Assembly (NCBI GenBank): GCA_000004695.1
Contig: CM000155.2
Location: forward strand, 3,538,380-3,602,379
DNA from: Dictyostelium discoideum
Taxonomy: Eukaryota
Reading direction: 5' to 3'
Length of the DNA stretch: 64,000 nucleotides
Below are positions 53,295 to 64,000 of the stretch, piece by piece (the stretch's first letter is position 1; each line of letters begins with the position of its first letter). The position numbers and the translations under genes are program-made. A model generated the notes under the pieces. It worked only from the letters and a program-made list of their open reading frames with translations, did not search any database and was not told where the DNA came from.

Positions 53295-54076
53295 GTAAAA
53301 AATAATAAAAAAAAAAAAAATTTGTAAATACAATCTACCAAATCTTTTTAAAAAGAAGGTGGTGTTGGAATATATGTATCTAAAAAAATACTAATGAATT
53401 ATCTAATTTTTTTTTATCCACTTTTTTATTATTTTTATTTTTATTACTTTTATTATTTTTTTTATTTTTTTTAAACTATTTTATTAATTTATTCTAATTA
53501 AACTTTATTTTTGACCTTCATTAAAAAAAAAACCCATTTGACATGTAAATTAATATTTATTATTAATTTTTTGTTTTTTTTTTTTTTTTTGGTTTTGTTC
53601 AATCTGTTTTTTTTTTTTTTTTTTACTTAAAAATTAAAATTATTTTTTAAAGGGGTATTAAGTGATTTATTTTATTTAAATTAAAAAATATATTTTATGA
53701 AGAAATTATTATTATTGTTGTTGCTGTTGTTGTCAATAAGATAAAAACAATAATAATTGAATGAATGTTTGGAATTAATTTTATAGAATTTTATTCGTAC
53801 TACTAGTAATTCTTTTACTATCACAAATTGAATTGAAATCAACAATTACATGATTACAGTCAGCACAAGTATAAAATAGATTAAAATTTATTGAATTGAT
53901 AATGTAACATTGGATGAGAACAGCCAATACTAGTGTAATAATTACCAAAGGTACAACTATCAAATAAAATAGTAGAGTTTGATTATAATTTTGATAACCA
54001 ATTTACTTGATCTTCAATAAAATTAATTAGTGTTGAATTTGTAACAATTAAGAATGAGTCATAAATACTGAAAAAT

Positions 54077-54159
<83 letters not shown>

Positions 54160-54175
54160 GTTACTACTACTACTA
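54077..54175. repeat. (CTA)n/(TAC)n microsatellite, about 30 units
   Basis: ctactactact… with one variant unit. The poly-Ser track ORF 53983-54198 is its antisense artefact. Confidence 0.9.
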
Positions 54176-54201
54176 TCATTTGTTTGTGCTAGTACCAAAG
54201 G

Positions 54202-54238
<37 letters not shown>

Positions 54239-55037
54239 ATTTATTTACAAGTAATAAATACTATTACTACTACTATCATTTGTTGATGCTAGTACGAATA
54301 AACAATCTCCATAAAATTTAAAAATACTTTCACTATATTCAAATTGAATTTTCTATGTCATGCATACTTTAGTATAGGTAATAATTAATTTTTATATTAA
54401 AATATGGTGATTATTGTCTTAGTATTTTTTTTTTTATTTTTTTTTATTTTTTTTTTTGTTTTTTTTTTTTTTGGATAGTTTTTTTTTTATTTTTTTTTTT
54501 TTTTATTAAATTCAAATCACTTGAAAAATTACCACCAACAACATTAACATCAGTAATAAAATCAACAAATAATGACAACAATTCAATTTTAATAAACCAA
54601 AACCAAATTCTACACCACCACAACCACCAATACAACCACATCATTGGATTGTAGTAACGGAATAGCTATTCCATTGGCACTCTGCATATACCACCAGTAG
54701 GTAGTAGTTCCCTCAATGGGTATACCTAATGGTAGTTCAACTATGAAACCATCATTATTGAATTATTTTTATTAAATTATTTAAACAATAAAGGGTGATT
54801 GGGGTTAATAAATTTAAATTTAATAGAATAAAAAAAAATATAAAAAAAAAAAAATTTAAAATAATTTAAACATCACCACCAAAGGGGTTTTTTTTTTATT
54901 ATAATCAAAATAAAAATAATTATAGATAGCATTCATTTATTTTTATTATATTATTATTATATTATTATTATCATCATATTTTTTAAAAAAAAAAAAAAAA
55001 AAAAAAAGAAAATGAAATATAGCAAAAATCAAATAGT

Positions 55038-55626
55038 TTATGTAATATTTTTTATTATAATACTAATTGTTGTTAAACCAATAGAATCAGTAGAATGGAG
55101 TGATTGTAGTGATCCAAGTGATTCATTTAAAAATAAAGAATTTGAATTTATTACCACCCATTCCAAAGATGATTGAAATATTTGAAAAGAGTAAAGTTCA
55201 GAAGTTAAAAATTTAATAACATTTAAATTTAAACATTTAATACCAATATCAACTAAATCGAATGGTACTAATTCTCTTTTTCTATATTTTAATAAAAAAA
55301 TTAAAATTTCATTTAATTTTTCATCGGTTGCCGATGTTTGAAAACCAAAATTAGAAAATAATAATTTTAATGAATTTTCAGTAATTTTGATAAATTCATC
55401 ATTTATTTTAATTTTATATTTTAATAATTCTAATTGATTATTATTTATCATCCATTTTAGGGAATTAATATTTTAAATTTTATTCTATTTCAATATGTAA
55501 TTGGTTGTAATCATCATAATTAACCCATTCTAAACATTGAATATAATTAATTATTCTATCGAATAAATATTTATTATGAATAACTTTCCAAAATGAAATT
55601 TCAAATTCATTATTATCTATTTCCAT
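55038..55626 (-). pseudogene. degenerate paralog of the 21313 family, split by stop codons
   Basis: 55480-55626 encodes MEIDNNEFEISFWKVIHNKYLFDRIINYIQCLEWVNYDDYNQLHIEIE-stop (compare EEIFWKVIKNKLLFKIIIKFI at 21313). The 137-aa ORF 55038-55451 follows 26 nt later (…NNQLELLKYKIKINDEF… versus …NNKKSILEYKIKNHHY…). Confidence 0.45.
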
Positions 55627-55693
55627 TTTTTTTTTTAATTTTTCTAATATTAATATAAGAATGAAGTTTAAAAAAAAAAAAATATAAAAAAAA

Positions 55694-55728
<35 letters not shown>

Positions 55729-55916
55729 AAAAATAGTTTTTTTAGATATTTATTTACCCATTGGTGTTAAAAAAAAATCTAATTTTTTTTTTTTTTTTTC
55801 TAACTTCATTACTTCTCTGAATTTTTTTCTTTTTTTTTCTTTTTTTTTTTTTTTATTTTCATTTTTGGCAAGAAAAAAAAAAAAAAAAAATAATAATATT
55901 AAATTAAAAAAAAAAA

Positions 55917-56051
55917 ATGAATAATGACGAATTATTTTTTAAAATTTTTAAAAATAAATATCTAAATAAAATAATATTTAAATTTATAAAAGTACAAAAT
56001 AAAAAATTAAAATATACAAGATATAATTATTATGATGTTCATCTGAATTTA
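55917..56051 (+). pseudogene. second degenerate family fragment (MNNDELFFKIFKNKYLNKIIFKFIKVQ…)
   Basis: A 44-codon ORF with the same N-terminal signature, followed by AT-rich sequence full of stops. The 128-aa ORF 56550-56936 downstream may be a further piece. Confidence 0.35.
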
Positions 56052-58307
56052 TAGTAAAAATAAAAAATCTAGAATTACTATCAAACAAATTAAATGATTA
56101 TTTAAATCTAAAATCAAAGTCAATAACAAGCATTCAAGATCATTTTAATAATCATTTTGATTTTGGTGACTATATATTTTTTGAAATTTTATTATGGAAA
56201 GAATTAAATTATAAATTATTTAAAAAAATTATTAAAACATTTAAAAAATGAAATTAAATCATATTCAATTAATAATAAAATTTTAATATATTTAACATTT
56301 ATAATGGTAGTTGTATTAAAAAATTAAAATTTATTATTAAACATATAATATTTAATAATAATGAAAATAATAATATTAATAATGAAGAAAATAATCAAAA
56401 TAAATATATTTTAAAATTATTAAATGAAATTTTAAAAAATAAAAATGAAATAATAATAATAATGTATTATCAAGTACAATTAATAATTTACCAATTGATT
56501 TCGTTTAATTGAAATTCCAAATAATTCAAAATTAAAATCATTATTTTTTTTGATAAAAAATGTTGGAAAATTAAAAGAAGTTTGTAGAGAAAAGGATGAT
56601 TTAAAAATTTTAAAAAATTTTATTAAAAGTTTGGATAATTTTATTGGTGATAATAATGAAATTCAACAAGATTTCAGTATTTTCAATTGTCAAACGGCAT
56701 TATCATTTTGCAAAAATAAATTAAATGTAGTGAAGGGTGCAGCCTTAATAGATAAATTAGAGAATTTAAAAACAAATTTAATTTATATTAAATACATTCT
56801 TTCAACTCAATGGATAATATGTCAACCTCGTCATCAGCAACTTTTGATTGGTTATCATCTCTTTCTTCTCCTCTATCCAACACAACAATCAACAACATTC
56901 CTTACATTTCGTCCACATCAACCACCACAACTTTGAAATAATAATAATAATAATAATATTTCAAACAAACAACCAGCATCACCTTAAAATAAAAATTCTT
57001 TCAAACTTGAAATTGTTGGATGATAAGAGTAATAATAATAGTAATAATAATAATTATTAAAAAAAAAAACTAAAAATAATGTATTATTAAAGTTTTATGA
57101 CTACCTTTTTATAATATATTTTTTAAATATATTTAAACTCAAAAAAAAAATAAAAATAAAAATAAAAATAAAAATAAATAAAAAAAAAAGAATTAAAATT
57201 TAATTTTTTGTTTGTAATTTTATTCCAATGCATAAACACTTTATATTTTTTATTTATACAAATAATCAAAAAAAAAAAAAAAAAAAATAACCCCAAAAAA
57301 TTTTTTAATTATAATAAAATAACATATTTATCTAGATATTTTTAAAAATTATTTAATTATGAAAAAATACTATTTGTTTATTTTAAAATTATATTAGTCA
57401 AAAAAAAAATGAGAAAAAAAAGAAAATAATAAATACATAAATAGTAATTAATAATCTATATATTTATTGTTGTGTTTTAAAAAATTATTGTTTTCTTTTT
57501 ATATTATAGTTTTACACTTTTTCTAATCGGCATTAAAAATTCACCACGTGGGTGAGAAAAATCTAATTTAATATTTTTGAGTAAACACAATTTAATAACA
57601 ATCGAAGTATTCTGAACGTAATGTAACAGGATACATAATTATATTGCAAAAAATTAAAAAAGGAATAATTTAATTAATAAAAATAAAAATTCTTATTTTT
57701 TTTTATTTAAATATTTATAATATACCCACAGCCAATGAGCAAAACCACTACACTAAAAATAATATCCCGAATATTTTTTGTCATTTATAATGATTTTTAA
57801 AAATATGTGATATTTTATTTATTATAAATTAATTTGTTTTATTAATTAATAGTTTTATGTTTTAAAAAATGAGAATTTATAATAGTTTTATTTCCTATTA
57901 GTTGTATTTTATATTATTAAATTATAGTAATACGTTTTAAAAAAAAAGAAATTACAATAGTAAAATTTCAAACAATATGGCAAACCGATTCATTTTTTAT
58001 AATTAAATGACAAATTAATTATTCAAATTTAATGAATGATATTAGATTTTTTCAATTTTAATTAATATTAAATTATATTTATTTTGGCCAATGATTGTTA
58101 AGGGTATCAGGAAAGAAAATAAAGTTTGTCGGATATTTTTTTTTTTTTTTTTAATTTTGGTAATTATAAATTAAATTTTTTTTTTTAATTTTAAAAAAAA
58201 GAAAACCATTAATTATTTTTTTCATTATTAAAAAAAATAAAAATTTTTATTAATTATAAAAAAAAAGAAATTAAAAATCATTTTATTCATTATTAAAAAA
58301 ATTAAAA

Positions 58308-58452
58308 ATGAACCCAAATAAATTATTATTATTATTAATAATTGTCTTGTTGTCTATTAGCTATTCATTAGCAATAACGATGATTAAGTGCACTATTGAA
58401 AAAGCTGGAGATATTCCAAATTATGCTGGCCATAATGTTACTAAGGAATCGG
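58308..58452 (+). CDS. exon 1 (signal peptide) of a small secreted protein gene inside the TIR element
   Basis: ATG at 58308. MNPNKLLLLLIIVLLSISYSLA is a signal peptide. The donor is tcg g|gtaatttg at 58453 (145 = 3n+1). Confidence 0.55.
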
Positions 58453-58583
58453 GTAATTTGTTTAATAATAAAAACCAAAATAATATATATAATTAATAAA
58501 AATAATTTATTTATTTATTTATTTATTTATTAATTTATTTATTTTTTTTTTTTTTTTTTTTTCCATTCATATTTATTAAAAAG

Positions 58584-58897
58584 ATTTTAAAGAAGCATTA
58601 GATGCACTAAATTATGATAATGTTTATAATAAGGAAGGTACAATAAAAGAAATAGGAAATGTTAGAATTGAAAGAACTGGTTTTGCCATAGTAAGTCGTA
58701 GAAAATGGAAAACCGTAGAAGGCCACGTGATCGGCGTCAAAGGAAATTCATTAATTTCACAAGTTGCATTTCCTAATGATTTAAAAGATCCATTTGGTGA
58801 TATTTCTAGTCAATTGAATCTTGTCAATTGTATGGATAATGCTTTGTATGAATCATATATATCTGGAAAAGTCTACAAGGTTGTCCGTAAATATTAG
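58584..58897 (+). CDS. exon 2 of the small secreted protein (153 aa total)
   Basis: The acceptor is ttattaaaaag| at 58582-58583. It reads DFKEALDALNYDNVYNKEGTIKEIGNVRIERTGFAIVSRRKWKTVEGHVIGVKGNSL…VYKVVRKY-stop. This region has a higher GC content. Confidence 0.55.
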
Positions 58898-59084
58898 AGG
58901 AATTCGTGGAAACGAAGGAATAAGATGAAAAATTTTAATTTCCTCCATTTCCTTATAATTTCCTCACAAATTCCTCTTTTTCCTCTATTTCTCCTTTGAA
59001 ATCCAATAATTTTTGAGGGAAAAGGAGGAAATGGAGGGAAAAAATTAAATTCCTTTATTTCCTTTATTTCCTCAAAAAAAAAAT

Positions 59085-59240
59085 AAAATTCCTCTTTTTT
59101 CCTTTATTTCCTCAAAAAAAAAAAAAAAACAAAATTCCTCTTTTTCCCTTTATTTCCTCAAAAAAAAAAAAAAATTCCTTTTTTTCCTTTATTTCCCTCA
59201 AAAAAAAAAAAAAAAAAAAATTCCTCTATTTCCTCTTTTT
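59085..59240. repeat. minisatellite, 5 tandem units of about 32-40 bp (aaaattcctctttttcctttatttcctcaaaaaaaaaa)
   Basis: Direct tandem copies with variable A-run lengths. They are preceded at 58940-59050 by inverted TTCCTC/GAGGAA-rich sequence (cctccatttcc / ggaaatggagg). Confidence 0.8.
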
Positions 59241-59919
59241 TTTCTAATTAAAAAAAAAAAATAAAAATAAATAAAATTTTTAATATTAGATTAATAATAA
59301 TTTTTAAAAAACTATATTTAATAAATATACTTGGATTATCTTCTCTAAATTGAAAAAAAAAAAAAAAAAATTTTATCTGTTGATTGAATCACCACAATTG
59401 TTTTTATTTTTATTTTTTTTATAATTATTTAGTTACAATACGATTCAGAATACTCGGATTGTTATAAAATTATGTTTCCTCAAAAATATTAAAATTAGAT
59501 TTTTCTCACCCATGTGGTGAATTTTTAATGTGGGTTAGAAAATGTGTAAAAAACTTATATATCGAAAACCAAATCAAACCAAAATTTTTAAAAAATGAGA
59601 AAGAGATTATAATATTATTTTTTTTTATTTTATTTTATTTTATTTTATTTTATTTTATTTTATTTAATTTTTTTTTTTTTTTTCTTTTTTTTTTTTTCTT
59701 TTTTCTTTTTTCTTTTTTCTTTTTTCTTTTTTCTTTTTTCTTTTTTCTTTTTTCTTTTTTCTTTTTTTTTGTCTTCACCAATTCCCAGAAAAAAAAATTC
59801 AAATTATTGTGGAAAATGGAAAATGGAAGATCATTATATTTATAAAAATGGAAATAATTGGAAAAAAGATTAAAATAATTAAGAAAAAAAAAAAAAAAAA
59901 AAAAATCAAATCAAATCAA

Positions 59920-60270
59920 ATCAATTTTCATAAAATTGAAAAATTAGAATTTTCACCAGAACAACCAATTGCAGGGAAAGATTTAATAGTTTCAGTATCA
60001 GGATATTTAAATAAAGAAATTACAAAAGGTGAAGCATATTTAGCAATTACATTTGATAGAATACCAATTTTAAAATTAAAAGGTAATTTATGTAATGGTA
60101 TGGGTGTTACTTGTCCAACTCCACAAGGTAATTATTCAACAACAACTATTAATCAAGAAATACCTGAAAATGTTCCACAAGGCTATTACTATGTTAATTT
60201 TGTATTATATGATCAAGATGATCTGCAAATCACTTGTGTTGATGTCCAAATGAATATTACACAATCATAA
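59920..60270 (+). CDS. ML (MD-2-related lipid-recognition, Npc2/Der p 2-like) domain coding segment; the 5' exon with a signal peptide was not found
   Basis: FSPEQPIAGKDLIVSVSGYLNKEITKGEAYLAITFDRIPILKLKGNLCNGMGVTCPTPQGNYSTTTINQEIPENVPQGYYYVNFVLYDQDDLQITCVDVQMNI has the spaced Cys and Pro/Tyr pattern of ML domains. The N-terminal part of the track ORF (…KKKKKKKIK…) is AT-rich filler. Confidence 0.4.
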   Translation: MNFHKIEKLEFSPEQPIAGKDLIVSVSGYLNKEITKGEAYLAITFDRIPILKLKGNLCNGMGVTCPTPQGNYSTTTINQEIPENVPQGYYYVNFVLYDQDDLQITCVDVQMNITQS

Positions 60271-60406
60271 AAACAAAATTAATATAAAAAAAAATAATTA
60301 TTAAAAATAATAAATAATAAATAAATAATAAATATAATCAAAATATTTAATAATAATAAAAATAAAAATTAATTAAATAAAATGATAAACCAAGTTTGNG
60401 GTTTTT

Positions 60407-60445
<39 letters not shown>

Positions 60446-60647
60446 ATAGAATGATAATTCTTTATTTTATTTTAAATGTTTTATTTATTTAATTTTTTTT
60501 TTTGTCGTTTTCTTTATTTTGTGGTCACAGCTGACATTTAACGATTTTTTGAGATGAAAAATAAAATTTAAAATAAAATAAAATAAAACCCAATGCATAT
60601 GAAACACATATTTTTTGTAAAAGTCACTCACCACAGCGAAGAAAAAT

Positions 60648-60712
60648 GCACCTTTAAAGCCAATTTAAAGCAAATTCAATTTAAATTTGCTTTAAATTGG
60701 CTTTAATGGTGC
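60648..60712. repeat. near-perfect 29-bp-arm inverted repeat (hairpin) with a 7-nt loop
   Basis: gcacctttaaagccaatttaaagcaaatt | caattta | aatttgctttaaattggctttaatggtgc has one mismatch in 29. It lies about 50 nt 3' of the minus-strand ORF ending at 60763. Confidence 0.85.
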
Positions 60713-60762
60713 TTTTTAAAAAGGTAATTTTAAAGATATTTTTAAGGTCACTTAAAATTACA

Positions 60763-62377
60763 TTAAAAATGACCTTTTAAATTTATTATAAAGCTGTTTA
60801 AATCATTTTCATCAAAAGAGTCACTATATAATTTAAAACATATAGTTACTAATTGTTCCATAATTAAAAAATCTTCATTTGATATTTGATTTTTAATTGA
60901 TATTAAAAGGTAATATAATATTGATCTATTCTCTCTTCCTTTCCTTGTTTTATTTGAAAATAGTGAAATTGATGGTTTTGGTTTGTTATCTATTATTTTT
61001 GCATTTTTTAAATTATTTAAAAAATTTGCAATTTTATTTTTATATTTATCAAAAATGTAATTTAAACATCTTTGTGCGACACCTAATAAAATATTATGTA
61101 AAATGTCTGGTTGAGTTTTTAAATAATTTAAGGGTTCGACCCACCCTCTGTCCACACCTTTGATACCAATATCTTTTGCTTTTTTTTCCCATACTTTTTT
61201 TAATTCTATATCAGCATTTAATTCAGCATAATTTGGTTTGGTGGAGTGAAAATTTGTAATATCTTCTTGTTTTCTTAATGTACCTGATTTGCAAATAAAT
61301 AAACCATCTCTTGGTTTGTCACATGTGTGACATGAATATTCATTTGAACTATGTCCATTAAGTTTACACGATGCTCTAAATTCCGGAATATCCATTGTCA
61401 GTCCAAACGGTACAACATCTATTTGTTCATTTTCAATAATTAAATTAAAGCCATTACCAATAAAAGATGAAAACAATGCCCTAATTGTTTGATGAAAATT
61501 AAGTAACCAATCATTTGGTACTACAAATAATAATAATTTATTATTTTTAAATTCATTTCCAATATAATTTTCTATATCCAGCATTATAGTATAATCTTTC
61601 TTGTTTTGACACTGCATACTATCAGTGAATATTCTAAGTAAAACAATTTTATTTTTATTTTTATGATATATTATTGCTTTTTATTTAATAAAGTTTCTAA
61701 TACTTCTTTAATTTCAAAATCTTCCATAAATAATTTATCCATATATTGAGGTGTGTATCTTATTTGATTTAAATTGGTTTTATTTTTGTCATTAAAACTT
61801 TTAAATTTTTCAAGTAGCTTTAAACTTATTGAGTTTTCAATTCCCAACATTAAAAATTCAATTTCAGTTTCATTTAATTTTTTTTTTGATTTTTCAATAT
61901 CTATATTATTATTTTGATTATTATTTATTGGTTCATTTTGACAATTTTCATTTTCATTATTTTCATTATTTTCATTATTAATGTTTGCTTCATTTTGATC
62001 CATTATAATTTCATTGTTTTCATCTTCACTATGTACCAACCCAATTGTATCATGATTTTCTTCATTATCAATTGTTTGATTATTTTCATTATTTTCATTA
62101 TTTTCTTGATAAAAAATTTTCTGCCTTCTTTTTCTTCCAAGTTTTTAATTTCTATTTGTTCTAGGTGATTTATTGCCATTACTCCTTTTCCTCTTGCTTC
62201 TTTTCCTTTTCCTCCTGTTGAGTAATGGTTTTTGATTTGCGCTAGATTTTGATCCTTTTTTAGATTTGTTTCTGTTAGTATTGATATATCAGGTTTTATT
62301 AGGTTAATTGTATTTTTTGTCTGATTCATGCTTTTGATTGTTGAGCAACCTTGGCAATTCCAGGTCATTATTTTTAT

Positions 62378-62380
<3 letters not shown>
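60763..62380 (-). mobile_element. degenerate non-LTR retroelement ORF2 region (APE endonuclease N-terminus, then frameshifted fragments)
   Basis: 62003-62380 encodes MTWNCQGCSTIKSMNQTKNTINLIKPDISILTETNLKKDQ…GGKGKEARGKGVMAI, which matches the L1/RTE-type endonuclease start MTWNCRGL…KPD…L.ET. ORFs 61671-62039 and 60763-61617 follow on the same strand but lack RT motifs; the latter has a CHTC-containing Cys/His segment. Confidence 0.5.
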
Positions 62381-62424
<44 letters not shown>

Positions 62425-62451
62425 GTTTTTTTTTTTTTTTTTTTTTTTTTT

Positions 62452-62482
<31 letters not shown>
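62381..62482. repeat. about 100-nt poly(T) tract (poly-A on the element strand) between the ORF1-like and endonuclease ORFs
   Basis: A T run interrupted by single G residues. Confidence 0.9.
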
Positions 62483-62488
<6 letters not shown>

Positions 62489-63847
62489 AAATGAGACAAA
62501 TGGGAGTATGTCTTGGAGTTCTTTGGGCAATTTGGCTTTTAGTGCTGCTTCCATTAGATCTGATTCTTCCTTTGTTATTTTAGTTGGAGTTTTGTAAGGT
62601 GTTGATATTTCTTGGTGATTAGTTGTTGGGTTTGGAGATGAGTTGGATCTTTTTCTTTTTACTGTCTCTGGGGTTGCTGGAGATTCTGGATTTTGGATAG
62701 GTGACATTGTTTGTCTTTTTTTGATTGAGGCTAACCTTGGGGTTTCCTTCTTTTTTTGGTTATTTATTTTTTCTTCAAAAATTCTGTTCTCTTCTTCATT
62801 TTCGAACATCTTTCTTACCACTTCTAATGCTTCTTCATCTTCAGTTAACTCCATTTTCCTTTTCTCTTTGCTGTCAACACTATATGTTACTGTTATTGGT
62901 GGGACACGAAGTACTTTTCTCTTTTCAATATTGTTTATTGTGTTTGTCGTTTCTGTCGTTGTGGTTGTTGTAGTTGCTCTAATTGTTGTGGGTTTTTTAT
63001 TTTCAATTTCGTTTTCCTTTTCTTTTTCGTTTTTGCTCTTGTCTTTGATGTTGTCATTATTGATTTCTTTATTATTTTCTTTTCTGTTTTCTATTTTGTT
63101 TTTGTTGTTATTTTTTGATTCGCTAGTGTTTTTATGATTGGATTCTTCTTTTGATTTTATGTTTATTCTTGTGTTTTCCTTTATCTCGGGATTTGGTAGT
63201 TCCGTGATTTTTGAATTTTCTGAGATTTCGTCTTCGATTTCCTTATTTGTTTTTCTTTGATTTTTTGTTTCTTCTGTTGTAGTGAGGAATAGTATTGTTA
63301 TGTGTTTACAATGTATTAGCTGGTCTTTGTGCTCTGGACTGATAATTGAGTTGAATGAGTGTATTATCAGGTTTTCACCTAAATTATCTAATTTGATTAT
63401 TTCCAGTCCTTCTTCATGCAATGTTTTTTCTACTATGTCCATTGATTTTTCCCAGTTGAATGTTTTGAAGATCTTTTTTGGTTTTATTATTGCTCTGTGA
63501 ACTCCTTTTAGTACTCCGTTGAAAACGTTAGAGTACTTGATTACTTGAGTTCTGCAGTCAGTGAGGATTTTGAATTTATTCTTACTTATTATTATCTTAT
63601 CATCTCCTTGTAAATGAATTTCCAATTCTGCTTTTAAGTTGTTGGAAATCTCATCTGGGATATTGATCATGAATTTATATTGTTTTAGTTCAATTTGAGT
63701 GTGGTATATTGCTTCGCTTATTTTATCAAGTGTTCTGTACGTATTTTTTAAATATTTGAACTTTGTTCTGAGTTCATTTGATTTCTTGATTTTATCTGCC
63801 AATGTTTCTGTTGATTCTGTCATTATTGTATTTGCCAATTTATTCAT
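62483..63847 (-). CDS. retroelement ORF1-like protein (454 aa, coiled-coil N-terminus, very basic Lys/Asn/Glu-rich middle, poly-Thr)
   Basis: It sits on the same strand, immediately 5' of the endonuclease fragment. Its composition differs from neighbouring host genes (many g/c-ending codons). The element runs into the N100 gap at 63901-64000. Confidence 0.45.
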
Positions 63848-63900
63848 TTCTTTTTTTTTCTTTAAAATCTTTATTCGACTTTAAAAATTTAAAGTTCTGG

Positions 63901-64000
63901 NNNNNNNNNNNNNNNNNNNNNNNNNNNNNNNNNNNNNNNNNNNNNNNNNNNNNNNNNNNNNNNNNNNNNNNNNNNNNNNNNNNNNNNNNNNNNNNNNNNN
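63901..64000. other. assembly gap (100 N) at the window end
   Basis: A run of n. Confidence 1.

Larger units (their letters stand above)
57497..59566. mobile_element. about 2.07-kb element bounded by about 130-bp imperfect terminal inverted repeats (non-autonomous DNA-transposon-like)
   Basis: The left arm 57497-57626 (…ttttacactttttctaatcggcattaaaaattcaccacgtgggtgagaaaaatctaatttaatatttttgag…gtaac) is the reverse complement of the right arm 59432-59566 (gttac…ctcaaaaatattaaaattagatttttctcacccatgtggtgaatttttaatgtgggttagaaaatgtgtaaaa…), with about 90% identity in the outer 60 bp. No transposase ORF lies inside. No clear TSD was found. Confidence 0.55.

Noticed and set aside
53781-54644. Small ORFs 53781-53963, 53983-54198 (poly-Ser), 54444-54644
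   Set aside because: They are microsatellite or AT-rich intergenic translations. A possible short hydrophobic C-terminal exon at about 54640-54770 (minus strand) was seen but could not be linked to any upstream exon.
59528-59845. 105-aa poly-Phe ORF
   Set aside because: It is a translation of the (TTTTTC)n and (ATTTT)n microsatellites next to the TIR element.

Overview
This is AT-rich Dictyostelium-type nuclear DNA (about 22-28% GC in coding sequence). It has short GT..AG introns of 70-150 bp, (AAT)n, poly-N and poly-Q coding microsatellites, and very long A/T homopolymers. Two assembly gaps (49047-49146, 63901-64000) and scattered ambiguous 'n' bases inside one retroelement show that the repeat regions are consensus-assembled.

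The six-frame track under-describes the locus. It uses non-ATG (TTG) starts in several places and misses most splice joins.

Reading the sequence directly gives the following gene models:
- A giant minus-strand gene. The 3062-codon ORF (3267-12447) continues through an 82-nt intron into about 1060 more codons that run off the left edge. It carries a nucleotide-sugar-dehydrogenase-like segment, an ATP-grasp-like segment and a GHMP-kinase-like P-loop.
- A divergent 2-exon gene (14926-19703). It encodes an RS/poly-N protein with three copies of a Cys4 module, each followed by an H15/forkhead-like winged-helix signature.
- A head-to-head pair of mitochondrial assembly factors: an ISD11/LYRM4-like LYR protein and SDHAF2.
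- A lineage-specific family member with an internal frameshift (21313-23822), plus degenerate paralog fragments at 55-57 kb.
- A 3-exon secreted protein gene.
- Condensin subunit 1 (CND1/NCAPD2), multi-exon, minus strand.
- A tandem duplication of a glutaminyl-cyclase gene. One copy is intact; the other is a pseudogene with deletions in exon 1. Each copy is followed by a different minus-strand gene bracketed by the same conserved flanks. One is a small tRNA-binding (Myf/CsaA-like) protein; the other is a 191-aa protein with an Rx4H motif.
- A tRNA-Phe(GAA) with a downstream external B box. A 5'-truncated poly(A) retroelement remnant with a 13-bp target duplication lies about 40 bp upstream. 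A TRE3-like non-LTR element (APE+RT ORF2, 1199 aa) lies downstream, bounded by about 29-bp direct repeats.
- A coiled-coil gene.
- An NADPH-cytochrome-P450-reductase-like diflavin reductase.
- A 5-exon minus-strand gene (44904-48268).
- A tRNA-Arg(CCT) whose upstream side carries 75-bp direct repeats and a gap.
- A tiny-first-exon C2-domain gene.
- A 739-aa unknown gene.
- A roughly 2-kb element with about 130-bp terminal inverted repeats. It carries a 2-exon secreted-protein gene and a TTCCTC minisatellite.
- A degenerate non-LTR retroelement (ORF1-like plus APE-endonuclease fragments) abutting the terminal gap.

No rRNA and no CRISPR arrays are present.
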